From contig JAUCBJ010005241.1 of NCBI GenBank assembly GCA_032718475.1, positions 1 to 32,387 of the forward strand: a DNA stretch of 32,387 nucleotides, written 5' to 3'. A program made the translations under genes and the position numbers. The notes under the pieces are model-generated. The model searched no databases and had not been told where the DNA came from. It was given only the letters and a program-made list of their open reading frames with translations. The DNA is from Nemertoderma westbladi (Eukaryota; Animalia; Xenacoelomorpha). This document shows positions 1-32,387 of the stretch, piece by piece; positions within the stretch are counted from its first letter, which is position 1; each line of letters starts with the position of its first letter.

Positions 1-574
1 AATTTTTTTTGACACACATATTTAACAATAATTTATTGATATAAGAGCCTTGAAAATATTAATTTAATTAACACTGTATTACTTAATAATATAATACAAC
101 AAATATAAAAGTATTGTATCAGTGAGAGCAGAGAAAGTGAATAGTTTTCTAGAACTTTTATCACTATTTCTATAACGACAATAAATCTTACAATTATGTA
201 TTTAATTCATTGGAGAATTTTTGCATAGTCACCACAGTAGCTAGCAGTTAGAATACAAACTTTAAATATATTTAATTTCATTGGCCAGTTAATAATTAAT
301 GCATGTTTGTTTATTTTATTGCTATGTTACGCGGGAAATAACTGGTTATATTCCCTAGGGCGAAATCGGTTATTTTTTTGCCGTAGACTAGCATTATTTT
401 TTATTTATAAACCATTTAGAATGGGTAATAACTATTATAATCGATTACAATTACAACGTTTATATCTGGTAGCTTTCCCCCCATCCCCCATTGTGACCCA
501 ATATAGGGGTCCCCCCCCCACGCCTCTTGTACATATTATTCGTTTTTGTGTATTAAGTTATGTATTGTTTGTTG

Positions 575-2681
575 AGCTACGATCTAAGTTCATGTCTTGG
601 TTCTAAGTTCGCACCTAGCTACGATCTAAGTTCATGTCTTGGTTGTAAGTTCGCACCTAGCTACGATCTAAGTTCATGTCTTGGTTCTAAGTTCGCACCT
701 AGCTACGATCTAAGTTCATGTCTTGGTTCTAAGTTCGCACCTAGCTACGATCTAAGTTCATGTCTTGGTTCTAAGTTCGCACCTAGCTACGATCTAAGTT
801 CATGTCTTGGTTCTAAGTTCGCACCTAGCTACGATCTAAGTTCATGTCTTGGTTCTAAGTTCGCACCTAGCTACGATCTAAGTTCATGTCTTGGTTCTAA
901 GTTCGCACCTAGCTACGATCTAAGTTCATGTCTTGGTTCTAAGTTCGCACCTAGCTACGATCTAAGTTCATGTCTTGGTTCTAAGTTCGCACCTAGCTAC
1001 GATCTAAGTTCATGTCTTGGTTCTAAGTTCGCACCTAGCTACGATCTAAGTTCATGTCTTGGTTCTAAGTTCGCACCTAGCTACGATCTAAGTTCATGTC
1101 TTGGTTCTAAGTTCGCACCTAGCTACGATCTAAGTTCATGTCTTGGTTCTAAGTTCGCACCTAGCTACGATCTAAGTTCATGTCTTGGTTCTAAGTTCGC
1201 ACCTAGCTACGATCTAAGTTCATGTCTTGGTTCTAAGTTCGCACCTAGCTACGATCTAAGTTCATGTCTTGGTTCTAAGTTCGCACCTAGCTACGATCTA
1301 AGTTCATGTCTTGGTTCTAAGTTCGCACCTAGCTACGATCTAAGTTCATGTCTTGGTTCTAAGTTCGCACCTAGCTACGATCTAAGTTCATGTCTTGGTT
1401 CTAAGTTCGCACCTAGCTACGATCTAAGTTCATGTCTTGGTTCTAAGTTCGCACCTAGCTACGATCTAAGTTCATGTCTTGGTTCTAAGTTCGCACCTAG
1501 CTACGATCTAAGTTCATGTCTTGGTTCTAAGTTCGCACCTAGCTACGATCTAAGTTCATGTCTTGGTTCTAAGTTCGCACCTAGCTACGATCTAAGTTCA
1601 TGTCTTGGTTCTAAGTTCGCACCTAGCTACGATCTAAGTTCATGTCTTGGTTCTAAGTTCGCACCTAGCTACGATCTAAGTTCATGTCTTGGTTCTAAGT
1701 TCGCACCTAGCTACGATCTAAGTTCATGTCTTGGTTCTAAGTTCGCACCTAGCTACGATCTAAGTTCATGTCTTGGTTCTAAGTTCGCACCTAGCTACGA
1801 TCTAAGTTCATGTCTTGGTTCTAAGTTCGCACCTAGCTACGATCTAAGTTCATGTCTTGGTTCTAAGTTCGCACCTAGCTACGATCTAAGTTCATGTCTT
1901 GGTTCTAAGTTCGCACCTAGCTACGATCTAAGTTCATGTCTTGGTTCTAAGTTCGCACCTAGCTACGATCTAAGTTCATGTCTTGGTTCTAAGTTCGCAC
2001 CTAGCTACGATCTAAGTTCATGTCTTGGTTCTAAGTTCGCACCTAGCTACGATCTAAGTTCATGTCTTGGTTCTAAGTTCGCACCTAGCTACGATCTAAG
2101 TTCATGTCTTGGTTCTAAGTTCGCACCTAGCTACGATCTAAGTTCATGTCTTGGTTCTAAGTTCGCACCTAGCTACGATCTAAGTTCATGTCTTGGTTCT
2201 AAGTTCGCACCTAGCTACGATCTAAGTTCATGTCTTGGTTCTAAGTTCGCACCTAGCTACGATCTAAGTTCATGTCTTGGTTCTAAGTTCGCACCTAGCT
2301 ACGATCTAAGTTCATGTCTTGGTTCTAAGTTCGCACCTAGCTACGATCTAAGTTCATGTCTTGGTTCTAAGTTCGCACCTAGCTACGATCTAAGTTCATG
2401 TCTTGGTTCTAAGTTTGCACCTAGCTACGATCTAAGTTCATGTCTTGGTTCTAAGTTCGCACCTAGCTACGATCTAAGTTCATGTCTTGGTTCTAAGTTC
2501 GCACCTAGCTACGATCTAAGTTCATGTCTTGGTTCTAAGTTCGCACCTAGCTACGATCTAAGTTCATGTCTTGGTTCTAAGTTCGCACCTAGCTACGATC
2601 TAAGTTCATGTCTTGGTTCTAAGTTCGCACCTAGCTACGATCTAAGTTCATGTCTTGGTTCTAAGTTCGCACCTAGCTACG
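575..2681. repeat. 42-bp minisatellite, 50 full copies plus 7 nt (AGCTACGATCTAAGTTCATGTCTTGGTTCTAAGTTCGCACCT)
   Basis: The first unit starts at 575 and the terminal partial AGCTACG at 2675 (2100/42 = 50). I see only two substitutions (645 C>G, 2416 C>T). TCTAAGTTC occurs twice per unit. Confidence 0.98.
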
Positions 2682-3146
2682 CTTGGGTCAGGTTGTTTCA
2701 GATTGTTTTATGTATATGTATGTACCCATAATAATGGTATCCGTGGAGTACGGTTTTCGCATTGTTGAAAGGACAACTTTAGTTATAAGATCGCCACAAT
2801 AAGTTTGTGAAACTCTCAATATTCAATCATTTTCGTAAATGTCTACCTAAATCGTTTTTAATGTATTTATGAGAGATAAATTCATATACTTCTGCGGCTG
2901 ATCTGGTATATTAATTTAATCCAACTCACCAATTACTATTTATAGTATATTTATAGACATCATGATCGTAATTTTAATTGACTCTACTATATACCAGACT
3001 GAATGCCGCGAATACCAAAACATAATTATGCAAAATCTGCTAAATCCATAAATCTATTTATAAACTTGAACTTTACCAATTATATAGAAGTAAATATTAA
3101 CGTAGTCATATTCACGTTGATAGATATTATTATTAAAATCTTTAAC

Positions 3147-3363
3147 GGCGGGATAGCTCATTTGGTTGGTCGCCGGGCCTGCAATCTAAAGGTTGTAGGG
3201 TCAGCCCCTCTGGTCTACCCAGCCTTTCATCCACTGGGTTCGGTAAAAAAGGACCAGTTGAATTACTGGGATCAAACCTTGGGATAGGAGTATCCTCCCT
3301 AACTCCGGGTAGCATTGCAGCAGGAACCTTCAGGTCACCTCCGTATTCGTTGACTGTTTGCTT
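3147..3363 (+). mobile_element. tRNA-derived SINE, copy 1
   Basis: A-box-like TAGCTCATTTGG and degenerate B box GGGTCAGCCC, followed by GCCTTTCATCC...GGTAAAAAAGGACCAGTTGAATTACTGGGA...GACTGTTTGCTT, collinear with the copy at ~28912-29160. Confidence 0.8.
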
Positions 3364-3992
3364 AATATTTATATTATATTAAAAGCGGAAAATTATACAC
3401 AATATCATATGGCCGTTAGATAGTATTATTTCTAAACACTATCGTTATTTACAATTGCACTAACCTCATCCATTCGTACAGACAGAACAGTTGTCTCACA
3501 TTCTATCTTTGTTGTAAGCAAACATTCTAGAGGACCTATTTCTATTTCTTATAGAGTCAATAATGTTATATTGTTCAAAATGAACAGGGTTTTATTGGGC
3601 TTGGCAGGTCTAATCCCATCCATCTTAGTCTACCACCGTATTCGGCCTTTATCTTACCCCCTTTACACAACGTTAGAAAAACCGTTCGGTTCATGATATT
3701 TCGCTATTTTTTTATCACAACTATTTGTATAAGGTATTTTTGATGTATTATATTTTCAATATGTCAATATTTGAGGATTAACTCGATTATGTTATTGTCG
3801 AATGAGGTAGGTGAGCACTTCTCCCATAGATACATAATGTTTGTTGGCCTTTGTGCGGCGACCCCCATAAACCGGCGTCTCAACTACGTCTTTGGCGCGT
3901 TATTTTACTTGAATTTAATTACCCTTCAAAATTTCAAATTTCCCTCAGATTGAAGATTTATCGTCTAATCGCAAGGTTTTATTTCCCCGCAG

Positions 3993-32387
<28,395 letters not shown>

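Noticed and set aside
560-2731. 723-aa ORF of SYDLSSCLGSKFAP repeats
   Set aside because: It is a translation of a 42-bp array with essentially no synonymous variation and no unique domain. An open frame is likely by chance when the period is a multiple of 3.
3147-3220. Functional tRNA gene (A/B-box-like sequence; also ~28912-28975)
   Set aside because: The B box and stems are degenerate, and similarity between the two copies extends ~150 bp beyond the tRNA-like part, as expected for a SINE.

Overview
Eukaryotic (metazoan, AT-rich) genomic DNA carrying the middle of one + strand, intron-containing Groucho/TLE transcriptional co-repressor gene. Eight coding exons (3993-4236, 4550-4665, 26468-26669, 26955-27127, 28011-28201, 28592-28768, 29216-29396, 29824-30005) join through GT-AG introns with consistent phases into about 488 codons. 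They cover the end of the Q domain, GP, CcN, SP and the first WD40 repeats; the start and end of the gene lie outside the window. About 55% of the window is intronic tandem repeat: a near-perfect 42-bp x50 array, a ~12.9-kb hierarchical 16/19/51-bp satellite, a 27-bp x17 array and a ~31-bp array of roughly 75 or more copies. There are also two related tRNA-derived SINEs and a small foldback/MITE. The most striking pattern is that three of the eight splice donors have been copied downstream of themselves. One array holds 17 identical, in-frame, stop-free donors (potential variable-length inserts in 9-aa steps), another has units resembling branchpoint-pyrimidine tract-AG|GT recursive splice sites, and a third is a decayed relic. 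Almost all long ORFs in the supplied track are repeat artefacts.
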